DNA of 64,000 nt from assembly GCA_904063045.1 (NCBI GenBank), contig CAJFCJ010000007.1, positions 3,913,404 through 3,977,403 of the forward strand, given 5' to 3'. Made by a program: the position numbers and the translations under genes. The notes beneath the pieces are model-generated. The model was given only the letters and a program-made list of their open reading frames with translations. It ran no database searches and was not told where the DNA came from. The stretch is from Dimorphilus gyrociliatus (Eukaryota; Animalia; Annelida). Positions 1 through 14,981 of this stretch are shown here, piece after piece (position 1 is the stretch's first letter; each line of letters starts with the position of its first letter).

Positions 1-469
1 TGTTTTCATGTTTACTTCTTTAATTCATGAATTCGTTTCGCTGTTTTTATTTCAGTGGTGCAATTCAAAAGTAATAACAGAAAAGGTAGTAAAATCAATT
101 ATTCTTTATTTTTAGTAAGTAGAATTATGAATATATCGCTTTATAAATTACTAAAATAGATAAGATGGTCTTTAAAATGGAAGAAAAGATTATTCGTTCT
201 TAATATGTCATTTACTGCTGGATTATTGTTCTTCTTCATTCGTCATCGTTTCTATTGTGTAACTAATGGTAACGTATAATTTTTTATAAATCCATCGTTT
301 TATTAAAATGATTATTATTGTTTCTTTAATTGTAGCTTTTAGTTACTTTTCTGCTTTTGAATATGGAATTGCGCTTACAAATATTGCATTTCATTACACT
401 GCGGTAATAGACTTAGAGGGAAACTGTTTCTATGTTGGTTTACCCATACTTCAATCGAAGGCACATTGA
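1..469 (+). CDS. PGAP2: 3' part of PGAP2/FRAG1 (post-GPI attachment to proteins factor 2); exons about 1-85, 160-268, 336-469; runs off the left edge
   Basis: Not in the ORF track. The spliced translation ...SLKWKKRLFVLNMSFTAGLLFFFIRHRFYCVTNAFSYFSAFEYGIALTNIAFHYTAVIDL...SKAH* matches the PGAP2 C-terminus (WKQRLFIINF...RHNMYC...FAILEY...TNMAFH). GT-AG introns keep the frame; TGA at 467-469. Confidence 0.85.
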
Positions 470-804
470 ATTTGTTGTACTATATACATATAACTGCATA
501 TATGCTTTTCTATACTGTGACTATGTATAGTCAATAGTTTCTATAAATATTGTGCATATGTATCGATATGAAGTATTTCCGTTCCCTGCTATAAAGGAAG
601 TTATTATCTTTAATACTCTGCCTTTTGTCTTGAGTTGTTTAACATTGACAAATAAAATTGGTCACAGTCTTCTGCATTTTTTCGGTTTTCTAAGCTGCCT
701 AATTTTTTTATTACTAAAAAGTAATCAATGTAATTATCAATGAAATAATAAAAAGGATAGTGAAACAATCAACTACTCAATCTAAATTTGTCTTTTACCG
801 CCAA

Positions 805-816
805 AATGACGTCATT
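805..816. promoter_or_regulatory. CRE palindrome (AATGACGTCATT) upstream of TRAM1
   Basis: Perfect TGACGTCA at 807-814 inside a 12-bp palindrome, about 340 bp before the TRAM1 ATG. Motif match only. Confidence 0.4.
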
Positions 817-1049
817 CCGCCATGTAATTTGTTGCAGTTAAAACTTTTTCAAAGTTTGTGTACGCTCAGGTTTTACCCGTTTATATTTTGCAGATACTTA
901 AAAGAGTTAATATTCCCTTATATTCATACGTGTTATTATTATTATGAGTCATCTGTTCCTCGAATACATGATTATTCTTATAAGGGATTTGTATAACAGA
1001 GTCCTGGCCCTTTAAGCCTAGAAATGAAACTAAAACTGACTATGAATAA

Positions 1050-3771
<2,722 letters not shown>

Positions 3772-4511
3772 AAAGGGAAATTATATGAAATACAATTGAA
3801 GTCAGTTATGCTTCAAAAAAAAGTTTATGCTCATTATCATAATCTGCTTCACCAATTATTATCTAATTGTTTATCTTGACAAAAGCGTTGAAAAATTCAT
3901 AAATACCTAATATTAATGAATTTGTGCTGAATTTAGCCGTTAATGTCGTAATATACAGTATATTGATTATTCCTATACATCTTACTTTCTCTTTGTTTAT
4001 CAAAATTTCATATCGTCTGCATGATTCTATGAGCCTCGTTTCAAAAATCTTATATCGTTGAAATATTCTTCTCAATTCAAATAACTTCCTGAAAGCCAAA
4101 TGTTGTCGATATTATATTATAGTGAAGTTGATTTCACAAATATGTGCTAAACCCACAATTTGTAAATACCAAACCTCTACTAACAACTATTTTTGAATCA
4201 GTCAAAGAAGACATGAAGCAATAGATAACCGATAATTTGATTTTAAAAAAATTTGAAGTGATATCGAAATCATTCCGAATCCTCTGATGATAGATTGTTA
4301 AAACAACCTCTTTTGAATGATAGCTTGATATTTGTTGTTGACCTTTCCTTAAAATTAGATGCGTAATTGAAAAGTTTACGACTGTATCTGATGATGTAGA
4401 GAAGATCTAAAAAACCTTCCTAATACAAATTTATTGGTTTAATATTATTTTATCTTATTTTCATTAGGTAAAGAGGGAGTTTTTAAATGTTAAATGGACG
4501 ATAAATTAGGC

Positions 4512-6475
4512 TTAAGCCAAAGTAGCTCTTGGTTGGCCAGAAATAGATGAGGTTGATCGACTAGTCATGGCAGCATGGCTAAAAAAAAAGTAATATTATA
4601 CTTAAAAACAACCAGGGAATTTAACATTGAAACTAACATGGCTTCGTATCTTAATCGTTCACTTTCGTCAACAGATGGCTTTTGTTCCGCCAAAACCCTA
4701 TCAAAATCTTCTGAGTAGACAGTAACTTGAAGATTTTCACTATCCTTGAGCTTCTCTTCTACATTAAAGTCGCGCACTATTCCATCTTCCAACGAATTAA
4801 TTTCCCAAAGACTTTCTTTCTTTGAAGGCATGGAACCATTCATGTTACTTAAAGATAGAGTTAACCTTTTAAAAGCATACAATTGTGTGGAACAAAGTAA
4901 AGCTCTAAGGTCTGCAGAAGAAAAATATCTGCATTTTTCTGATATTGACGATAAATCAACGTCCTTTCCTAAATTTAACGAACAATTTCTAGATAAAATT
5001 TCTAGAATTTCTTGTCTCTCGTGTGCACTGGGTAATGGGCAGTGCAATTTTTTATCGAATCTACCAGGTCTTAATAAAGCTGGATCAATTAAATCCGGCC
5101 GAGAAGTAGCTCCCAATACAAATACGCCATCACGTCCTTCCACTCCATCTAATTCTGTTAGGAGCTGATTAACAACTCGATCAGTAACTCCTGTTGAGTC
5201 ATGTCCTCTTCTAGGTGCCAAAGCTTCCAGCTCATCGAAGAAAAGTAGAGAAGGTTTTGCACTAGCAGCTCTTTGAAATACATCTCTAACTGCTGCTTCA
5301 GAGGCCCCAATATATTTATTCAATAATTCAGGACCCTTAAAGAAAAAAACCCAATATTATTTCAAATAAATACTTTGTCACGAAACTTTTTCCCTTACTT
5401 ATACCTTAACAACAATTAATCTTAGTCCAGTTTTTTCAGCAACAGCTCCTACCAGATGAGTTTTACCTGTACCAGGAGCTCCGTATAGTAAAATTCCTGC
5501 CCTGGCAGGCCTATTTATTTCTTTCATCAACTCTGGATATCTGAAGAACATCAAAAAGTAAGTAATAAAGAAACTTCCATAATATAACTAAGTTTCATAT
5601 ACTTGGACGGCCAATAGAGAATTTTCAAAAGATCTTCTTTAACTTCCGCTAAACCTCCAATATCCTCCCATTTGACATTTCCCTGTAAACTAGTAAACGA
5701 AACCCTTCTGAATCCTATTGGAATGTATTTATCAGTGGCTTCTTTCAAAATGTCTTCATTGATATATTTTATTTTCTTAGAAACTTTCATGTGGTTGCAA
5801 ATTGATTTAATATTTTCGAAATCTTGGGCAACATAACCTTCTGTATTCTTTGATAGTTCTTCAAGAAATTCTGACGATAAATTTGCCCCTATAAAAGAGG
5901 AACCTAAATAATTTTTTCGAATATCAACTGTTAGAGGGCGAATCAATATTGTTGTCTGAAAGACATGAAATCCTTTTCCCCTCGTTAGTGCATTGTTAAG
6001 TGACATTTTTGATGCTGCTGTTGCTAAGAATGCTATTGGTAAATTTTCTAGACGACACATTTTTATTATACTACGGAATGACTCAGCTATTCTTGTAGAA
6101 TTCTGAGCATCTACTCCAGACGCTTCTATTTCGTCAGGAGTACCACATATTGCATCCAGATCGTCCAGAACGATAAGAGTAGGTCGCTTATAAATGCCCT
6201 GATTTAGCGCATTCTTTATATATTTTTGGACGACATCATGGCGTTTTCCACGGAGAGGTTTACAATCTACCCATTCAACATATAATCCAATATTTTTCTT
6301 TAATTCCCCAAAAATGGCTTGAGCATAGGTTGTTTTTCCAGAACCTCTTGGTCCAGTTATTAATAGTGAAGAACCACCAATTTCTTCAATCATATTTAAA
6401 GTTTGTAAAGCTAATTTATTGTCTTCTTCTGATAAACCGCTAAAAAACAAATTCTTTTTATATTAATAAATATAC

Positions 6476-6514
<39 letters not shown>

Positions 6515-8185
6515 TCATAATACCGTAAATCAGAAAGAAGTTTGACTAATTTTTCATCTGAAGCCTCTTTTTTCTTTTTAACTATATTCAAGTCAGTTTC
6601 CACTGTAAAATTTCGACCATGATATACTGCATAACATGAAGTAGTATCTTTCTTATTTGTCTCTACCCGAACCTGTTTGAAAATAGTTTTTGACCAAAAA
6701 AATTATAAATTTGATTAACTTACTGCAACTTGTAGATAACCTTCTGATGAAGTAGGAATTGAACATATAGTTTCGAAATCATTTGAACTATTTAACATCA
6801 AAGGAAACTCAATATTAGTACTTTGCTTTAACCAATTTCTAAAAGCAGTTTCTAGCATCATAGAAGAAAATTTTTCTGGCTAGAGACAGGAAATTTAATT
6901 ATTTTCTTAATAGGAATGCAAAAAAAGATTAAAACAAACAAGTGCATTGCAGGGATTAAGATGTAATTTGTCACACGGCATCAAATTTGTAGTAGATTTA
7001 GTTATTTTAATTCGATCGCCGTCTTCCAAGTCTAATTGTTCCATAATATTTTCATGTACAATTAGACTATTGCTCCGAGTGTTTGGCACAGTAACTTTTA
7101 TATTTCTATGAACGAAACTTTTATTATAGTCTAATAGAATCAAGTGGACATCAATAGGTTTCTCCTCAATTTTCCTATCTTGGGCAGCTATTAAGGCTTT
7201 AGGTGATGGCACTTTTAATATACTACATCTGACTATATCTGGTAAACCTGGAAAATCTTCCACTAGACCATAAACAGCTTCAGGAAGAAGTTTATAGTTT
7301 GATAGATTCTCAGATAAATTTGTACTTGGAAATTTTTCAACTCTAATACAGGTATTAATATTTGGTGGTTTCTTTATTTTTTCTTTTTCTTCAAGTTTCT
7401 TTTCAACAACCTCTCGTTCTTCTTCAGTTTGTTCTTTTTTACCAATTAACGACAGACCAAAGCTATACAATTTCTTTATGATTTCACTAGTATAAGATAT
7501 TTTATGCGTTTCTGTAAGTTCTTCCATATCATTGTCAAGTTCATCTTTTAAATTTGGTTCCACATGCAATTCAGTTGAAGAATCTAACGTAGCACACTCT
7601 CCCGGTGGATATAATCCTATTACTTTGAAGAAGACGCATACTCCTGGAGTGATCCATAGCGGAGCAATTTGACCCTTCCACACTACTCTGACTTGATGAA
7701 GCATTGTAGCTTCTACTCTTTCAGAATGACGTTCAATAAGAGACCAATCATCTGATGTGACAGGTTTGATTATAACTTTCAGAGCTTTCGCTATAAATAT
7801 AAAGTTAATTGTTATTAGTCGGATTTTCTCTTTGGCCAAAGTAAATATTATTTTTATACCAACCTACATTATGAACGGGTGATAAAATGATGCGTGAGCT
7901 TTCTATAAGACTTAGTTTAGATGCATAAGTTCCATTGATGTGAACGATCCCATCTTCATTTATATTTTCTCCACTCGAACTAACAAATACAGACTTAGAA
8001 CAGTCTTCTCTCTGGAGTTTCCAAATTCTAACAGCCGCTTGCTGGATTGAGCGATAGCATGAGTTTTAAACATAAAAAATACTTTCTTTAAAACTTACTC
8101 CGTAATGGGGCTTCCAATGCCGAGGGATAGTAATAAAACAGTTTTTTTGAGGTCTAAACTTAAGTTCTGCAATTTTTGATTCCAT
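4512..8185 (-). CDS. PEX1: Peroxisomal AAA+ ATPase PEX1 (multi-exon)
   Basis: Exon 1 is [21 protein letters not shown] (8185-8099). The N-domain has [30 protein letters not shown]1 has [13 protein letters not shown] and D2 has [23 protein letters not shown]. The last exon ends GQPRATLA* (human PEX1 ends GQKVTLA). Confidence 0.95.
6481..6510. repeat. (TA)15 microsatellite in a PEX1 intron
   Basis: Read directly from the sequence. Confidence 0.95.
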
Positions 8186-8469
8186 TCTTCTCTCAACTCA
8201 ACATTTGACTAAAGTCCATTTAATAGAAATATTATTGCATGAGTTCTTTGTCAAAGATTAATTCCTTTGCGGAGATCAGCTATAATCTTGGATATACTAA
8301 CAGTTAAATTTCGACACAGGGGACCTCTAACGAGAGTTTTGGTAAAATTGGTAAAACATTTATAAATTACCAGTTTTCTCACAGCTACTTTTAGTGTTCT
8401 ATTCTGTAATTTGTAGACAAGAAGACGGGTAGCCGTTTTTCTGACTGTATACTTTAAGGTTAAAAAATA

Positions 8470-10901
8470 ATGTACAATTCCTGTGAGCTGTCGAAATCAA
8501 GTGAAAGTGAATGTCAAGGTTCAAGTTCGAACAATGTTAATGACGATTTTGAGGATGGCACGTGCTTGACTCCAGTATACATAGAATTAGATTCCGAATT
8601 GTCAAAATGGACATCAGAATCAAATCCCGACAAATCGTCTTGTTTTGGTAATGATACTCCTGACGACAATTGGTAAGAACATTTTAATTTTACGTGAAAA
8701 ACATACAGTTCACATAACCTATTTGATTCAGTCTATTACCTATATTTATCTGTAATTGCCATGTAACTGAGAAGTGTTTAGAAAGTGAGAAAAGAATAAC
8801 CCCTTACTGATACATTTGTTTAACTAAATATTGCTGTAACGAATACCTTATCATATCTAGTATAAAAGAGCCAGACTTTGACAGAATACCTAGGAAAAGA
8901 AATATTTTTAGCTCTTTTCCTATAAGAAATTCTTAATAATCCTTAAATATAACGATTATTTATCTTAACAATCGGATATTTGTGTTTATTAAGAAATATA
9001 GTATTGTATCAGTTATTGGAAATGACAATTTTATTTTAAAAGTGATAAAAACATTCTTAATACCGGATATATAATGTCTAATATATAAATATATCAACTT
9101 TGACACACCTTTAATAACTTTTATTTTGCTATATGATTTTATATTTTGTTTTGTTCATATAATTATATTACTCTCTGCTTCGATCTAAAAAAATAGCTAT
9201 ATTCAACATACAATATCTGAGGATCAAATTCTTATGAGAATTAATCCTGGGGATGGCCCTATGACTCTAAACCCATCTCATGCAACATTAATGCTGGAGA
9301 GTCAAGATCCTATTTCTAAAGCAAAAGATGTAAAGAGGTCTGTGAATCGAATATTCGAAACCTCTTTTAATTTTATTCTTCGTCTTCAGATTTGACTGCC
9401 AATATGAAGGATGTAAGCGAACTTATAGCACGGCCGGAAACCTAAAAACACACGAAAAAACTCATAAAGGTTTGCCAATAGCTGTTTTTTTTAACCCAAA
9501 TAAAAAAAATATTTGTAGGCGAATATACCTTTGCCTGCAACCAACCTGGGTGTGGAAAAGCATTTTTAACATCATATAGTCTCAAGATTCATGTTAGGGT
9601 CCACACAAAAGAGAAGCCATACGAATGTGATGTTTATGGATGTCAAAAAGCTTTTAATACGCTTTACAGGTAAAAGGTTTATTGAATAATAAAGTGATAA
9701 ATACTGACTAAATATAATGTTAAATTAAAGATTAAAAGCTCATCAAAGACTTCATAACGGAAATACATTCAACTGCGAGAATGATGGATGTACAAAATTT
9801 TTTACTACTTTAAGCGACTTAAAAAAACATATTAGAACTCATACTGGTGAACGGCCGTTTAAGTTTGTATTTTCTGTTTTTTATTTGATACTTCATTAAG
9901 CCTAGCGATTATTTTAGATGTCCAGATAACGAATGCAAAAAGGCTTTTTCAGCAAGCCATCACTTAAAAACTCATATCAGAACTCATACAGGTATTTATC
10001 ATTATGTTAAAAATCATGTTTAAGGATGACAACTAATGTCAGGTGAGAAGCCATTTTCATGTCTGAAAGATGGATGCGAAAGATCTTTTTGCTCATCGTA
10101 CTCACTCAAAAGTCACATGACTCGTCACGATAAGCCAGATTTTGAAGAGGTAAACCTTTGTAATTACTAAAAAAGTGTATCACACTAATATCCTAAATAT
10201 AGATACAAACAACCTCTCCAACGGAAATAACAGTCTCAGAAAAAGTTATAAATGAAACCAATCTAAATCATTCTTCTGTCGGGGACATTGCCCAAGCCGA
10301 TCCATGTGTTCAAGGTTCCAGTCAACGGACTTATGGAATTGAGTCAACACCACTTACTATCCTACCGTCTCTTCAATCCCAAATTCAATTAGTAACTAAT
10401 AAATATGTACACTTGGGAGCTCAGAGCACATTTGTTCAACCTGCAAACTACAACTCCGAAATTATAGAAGAAAGCAACAATAACAGCCGAAGAGAGCTTG
10501 ATTCAAAATCGACCCCAAATGTCAAACCCAATTCAACTCAATCAACGAACACTGCAACGGGCAGCATTCAGGAACCTCCGCCTTTACAGCAAACAGTTGT
10601 GGGAACAGTTAGTGTTCTGAGCGATTCTCAATTATGCACTGTAACATTGCCTACCCCAGTTCCATTAGAAAATAAAACAACAACTGCTTTGGTACATATA
10701 ACCGAAGAAAGCAATAAACCAGAAGAAGAAAACGAAGACGAAAATACAGAAGACGTAGAGGAACCGCCAGTCGTTATAAATCAGAATCAAAAAGTACTTT
10801 TAAACGTTGGAAATAGAATGGTGCCTGTGGATGGCGCCGTTCTAGCTCAACTGGTAGCAGATAAGATCGCCGAGCAACTAATGCCTTCAATTAATGAATA
10901 A
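8470..10901 (+). CDS. MTF1: Metal-responsive transcription factor 1 (six C2H2 fingers); head-to-head with PEX1, ATGs 285 bp apart
   Basis: The spliced exons give [18 protein letters not shown]...[69 protein letters not shown]...[15 protein letters not shown]...[13 protein letters not shown]...[12 protein letters not shown], nearly identical to the MTF1 finger block. The last exon runs 10203-10901. Confidence 0.95.
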
Positions 10902-13337
10902 CGTTTCGTTTTGGTGTGCCATTTTTGTTTTAAGTGTATAAGATTTAAGTCTCGGACTACATGGAAGCCGTATATTTCTGTGATTTTTTAAAACATTTTC
11001 AGTTATGTTACAAAATATCTGAATAAAATGTCGTATCGACATTTTTAGTAATGAAATCAAACCTTCTAAATGTGATTACAACGTGCAGAAAGCATCAATC
11101 GAAGTTCCATACTGAGATACGAAGTTAAATTAAAAGTGATAGGATCTTATAAAATGTTCACATAAAAGGAGCAATAATGAAAGCCAAAATCATCCGCTGA
11201 CTTTACATCGATAGTACTACGATTCTTACTTCCTTACTTCCATTTCTTTCAAACTGAACTCCATAAGCCTTCAAGTATATAATGGAATAAAGTATTCTGT
11301 TTGTGATAACGATTTGCTGGAAACTATGTACTTACAATTTTAGCAGACCAGATACTGTCAGGTACACTTCATAGACCCGATATAATGAAAACAAGAAACA
11401 ATTACAATTTGTTCTCTAAACACGAAAGAAAGAAAATACTGTGGTAGATGCTAAACAAAAGTCTTTTCACTTATAACTATTTGTCCATCAAAGTATTATG
11501 AAAATACCATTAAAAGTATTATTGCTACAACACAACTAACTGATAAAGCAACAAAAAAGACGATACCGGAAGCCTGGGCTGTTTATGATTGTCATTTTCA
11601 GCATTAGCCTTTACGAAAGAAGAAAACCAATAAATAACGATGTGTTTTGAATCAATAACGAATAAAACCCTAAATTTTTATCATTTATAGGACTCTGCAT
11701 TTTCCTAATTGATAAATAGGCTAAAAATAGGGAAAGAAAGATATACAGGAATGTGAAATTTCTTTTTATAGCGCATTCGTTTCTTGTGCGAAAGGTTAAT
11801 TACAACCGCATTCTTAGATAATTTATCCTTATCAGAATCTTTAGTTTCGATTTCAATTGGAACTGACAAGATCCCACGTAAAACACCATATGCGCTCTTA
11901 ACCAAATCCTTATATACTTTGGGAAATATTTCATCATCCTTAAACTCTTGAATTGAATCAGTTGCAGTGTTTTTTCTAAATTTTTATGCAGGAGATTGCA
12001 AGTTTCCATTTACAAGGTAAATACTGTATGTGTTGAGTCAAATTCCGCAAGATTTCCTTACACATGTAATTTCTTCCTAAATACTTTTCGGATGTACCCA
12101 GAGAGTATGCTTTACCAAGAAGCTGACTAGTTGAAAGAAGATATTTGATAGCCAAAAATTAAATAACTAGTTAAAAAATACACTATTGAATGTAAAATAA
12201 TACAAATCTGATATTACAATATGACTTAATTCCTTTATTCTAGAGAAAAATATAAATAGTAACAGGTTGCGTACGTGACCAAATGTACTGAGAGGTTGAC
12301 GTGAAAAGATAGTGAGAAGCGTGACGATGGAACAAATAATGCTATTATAAAGCAAAGAAACAGAGGCAGGGAGGATGAAATACAGATAGAAAATAACTAA
12401 ATAAGCAGAAGAATCAGAAAGACGAACTTAAATAAATCAATTAAATAGCATTTTTTAACTTCAAAAATTAGAGATAACTCAGCTGGGATTATAGAGATAG
12501 TATTTATGGTTAAATTATTTGGATATCGTATAGGCTCATAATAAGATAGCTAATCTTTTGCCTGTTGATAAATCTAATCGTATGATCCGTATAGATGGGG
12601 ATAAAAGGTAAAAAACATCTGATTCTGTGAGATATTCTACTTTATTTTCTATTTACATCGTATATCTATTATCAATTAGTGACAGAGTATAAGGAATTAA
12701 AGATTTATTTATAGAATACTGTCTCTATATGCAATAAGGAAGAAGTATTAAGATTTAATTAACAACGTATGATATTTTCGAAACGTTTCTCAAATCAAAT
12801 ATCCGACAATTTGTTTATACAGTATGCATATTTATAAAATACTCTGCCTTCAGTTATGTAATTAATACCGAGTATCCTAGAAAGAAAACTAAAGTTCACA
12901 CTGTTGTTCTGCATATAAAAACTCGTGGGATTTTTTTTTAAGTTTATTTATCTTTCCCCTGTTGGTGGTGATACGCTAAAAAGAATTAAGCTATATTTAC
13001 TTTCTATTCTGCACCATCCACTTACAAAAACAGATGTAAAAAAACATTTTACAACGAAACTTTACTGAGAATTTTTCGACTATTCTCGTTCAATAATTTT
13101 CTTCCATATTAATAGTACATAACATATATAAACAAACAAAGAAAGAACAAGACTATTATTTGATTGTTATACTATATGTTTATTCCAAATAAACAAAACC
13201 TTTCCTCTTTTTCGAAACAATTACGCAAAGGAAATTAGAAAACGTTTATTTTCTATAAAGGATTATATTACTTTTGTAATAAATGACTTAAGTTCTGTTA
13301 TATAATAGTTCTGTCAAACAAGAATTAAAAACAAGAA

Positions 13338-14981
13338 CTATAGTTCTATATATTCTCGACGTCGGCTGATTGTAGTATACAAATCATAATTTCGAATGCC
13401 GAGAGCTTCTATTTCCTCGTTGAAGCGTAAATAATTTTGAATGCAAATTGGTAGTTTGAAAGTTTCGATTAAATGAGCGAAGTTTGTCTGAAAAGGTCGT
13501 CTAATTCTATTTCTTATTACATGTCTGGTCATTGACATTAGAGTCATTATACAAGTTTGTCCTCTTTTTCTGCGAAATTTATGAAATTGGCGTTGATCCG
13601 AAATATTAACGAAAAAATTATTCACTTCATCGTTAAAGTCATTCTCTTCACTAAAATTCTGAAAAGGCATTTCTAATTCATTACATATATAACCATTCCA
13701 TACAAGTGTAACAATTAATTTTAGAGTAAATTTTTGACTTATTTCCGGTGGTTGATATTCTACTAATACTTGAAATGCTTTGTCAATTGCTTCTTGAGGA
13801 ATTCCTCCATAATCTTCACTATAATACACAATCATACACACATAAATTAACCATCTCTTCGATAGACCATCCTGATGGAATAATTCGTAATAAGGTTTCG
13901 AAAATAATGACTCAAACATTATAGATCGATTTTTGGAAGAGTTTAATACTTTAGGATGACTGAAAAATGGCTGTAAACAATCACTATCGTTCGAATGGTG
14001 AATACCTCCAAAATATGGATAAACGTCACTAATTACTCGAGAGAATATTTCAGGATATCTATCCAAAAGTTCAGTTAAGAACACGCAACTTGTAGCTATA
14101 GAGACGCAAGCAAGGCCTTCGGTGAAAGAGAAAAGATGATTTTTGATTCCAAATTGAAATATATCAAATCGGCCAGTAACAATTGAGAAACGCTCAAGAC
14201 TTAAGGAATTGTATTCATCCAGTTTAAGGAGAGCTAACACTTTTTTCAAATCTTCAAAGCTGGCTCCGTTTTGAATACAACTACGAACAATTGATTCAAT
14301 ATCAAAGTTATCTTCTACCTTTCTAGAAAGCATTTTGGAAAAAAATCCCATCTTACAATCAAAGTTACTGTTAAGAACCAAGCTAAATGCGAATAAATTT
14401 TTTTCAACATTTATGAAATTTGTCAGTATTTCAAAACGTTCAAGACTTTCATCTTCAATTGAATTTTGCAAAAGTTGCATAATCCCGTACGGTTGAATTT
14501 CATCAATGATTGAGATTCTCGCAACGGATCTTAACAGATGCAACTTCTCGTACTTGATTAAACAACTTCTTATCGACGTATAAAAGGGAGTAATTGACTT
14601 TTTTATCGAACACCATTCCTCCTTTTCACAATTGGGAACTCTTATTAATCTATCAGTAATTCTTGTTTCGATAAGAAAGGTTCGAGCATGTTGACAATTA
14701 GAATCGCAAGGGTAAGTAATAATCTTTTTCCTGTGCAATTCATACATCCTACAAAAGACAACTACAACTATGAATTTGAAGATTCTCTCTTCGTTTAGTT
14801 GAATGATACTATTTAGACAATTAAATAGTATCTCGTCCTTAAGGAGACTTTCATTGAATCGGCATAATCTTTCTTTCAGCAGTTCCACTGTTTTATTACC
14901 CACAATATCTATTAAACGATTGAGAAGGCTCCTCTGGGCTGGAGTGCGTAGAAATTCATGATCTATCCCTGAGTATATGTT
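13338..14981 (-). CDS. Orphan protein with a C-terminal SOCS box; one 1644-nt exon, 5' exon not identified
   Basis: The ORF track starts at a GTG, but the frame is open back to a CAG acceptor at 14982. The C-terminus TLMSMTRHVIRNRI...FKLPICIQNYLRF resembles a BC-box plus Cul5-box. The N-terminal ~480 aa are helical-looking and I do not recognise them. Confidence 0.6.
   Translation of the reverse strand, partial: NIYSGIDHEFLRTPAQRSLLNRLIDIVGNKTVELLKERLCRFNESLLKDEILFNCLNSIIQLNEERIFKFIVVVVFCRMYELHRKKIITYPCDSNCQHARTFLIETRITDRLIRVPNCEKEEWCSIKKSITPFYTSIRSCLIKYEKLHLLRSVARISIIDEIQPYGIMQLLQNSIEDESLERFEILTNFINVEKNLFAFSLVLNSNFDCKMGFFSKMLSRKVEDNFDIESIVRSCIQNGASFEDLKKVLALLKLDEYNSLSLERFSIVTGRFDIFQFGIKNHLFSFTEGLACVSIATSCVFLTELLDRYPEIFSRVISDVYPYFGGIHHSNDSDCLQPFFSHPKVLNSSKNRSIMFESLFSKPYYELFHQDGLSKRWLIYVCMIVYYSEDYGGIPQEAIDKAFQVLVEYQPPEISQKFTLKLIVTLVWNGYICNELEMPFQNFSEENDFNDEVNNFFVNISDQRQFHKFRRKRGQTCIMTLMSMTRHVIRNRIRRPFQTNFAHLIETFKLPICIQNYLRFNEEIEALGIRNYDLYTTISRRREYIEL

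Noticed and set aside
4746-5168. Antisense ORFs opposite PEX1, ATP5F1A (38348-39691), ANKMY1 (41370-43323), MATCAP and Su(H)
   Set aside because: These are shadow frames of conserved coding sequence with no motifs or splice support.
8556-8568. Hes/E(spl)-type GGCACGTGC sites in MTF1 exon 1 and in a Su(H) exon (about 26411-26419)
   Set aside because: Both lie in coding exons and can be explained by codons; single occurrences.
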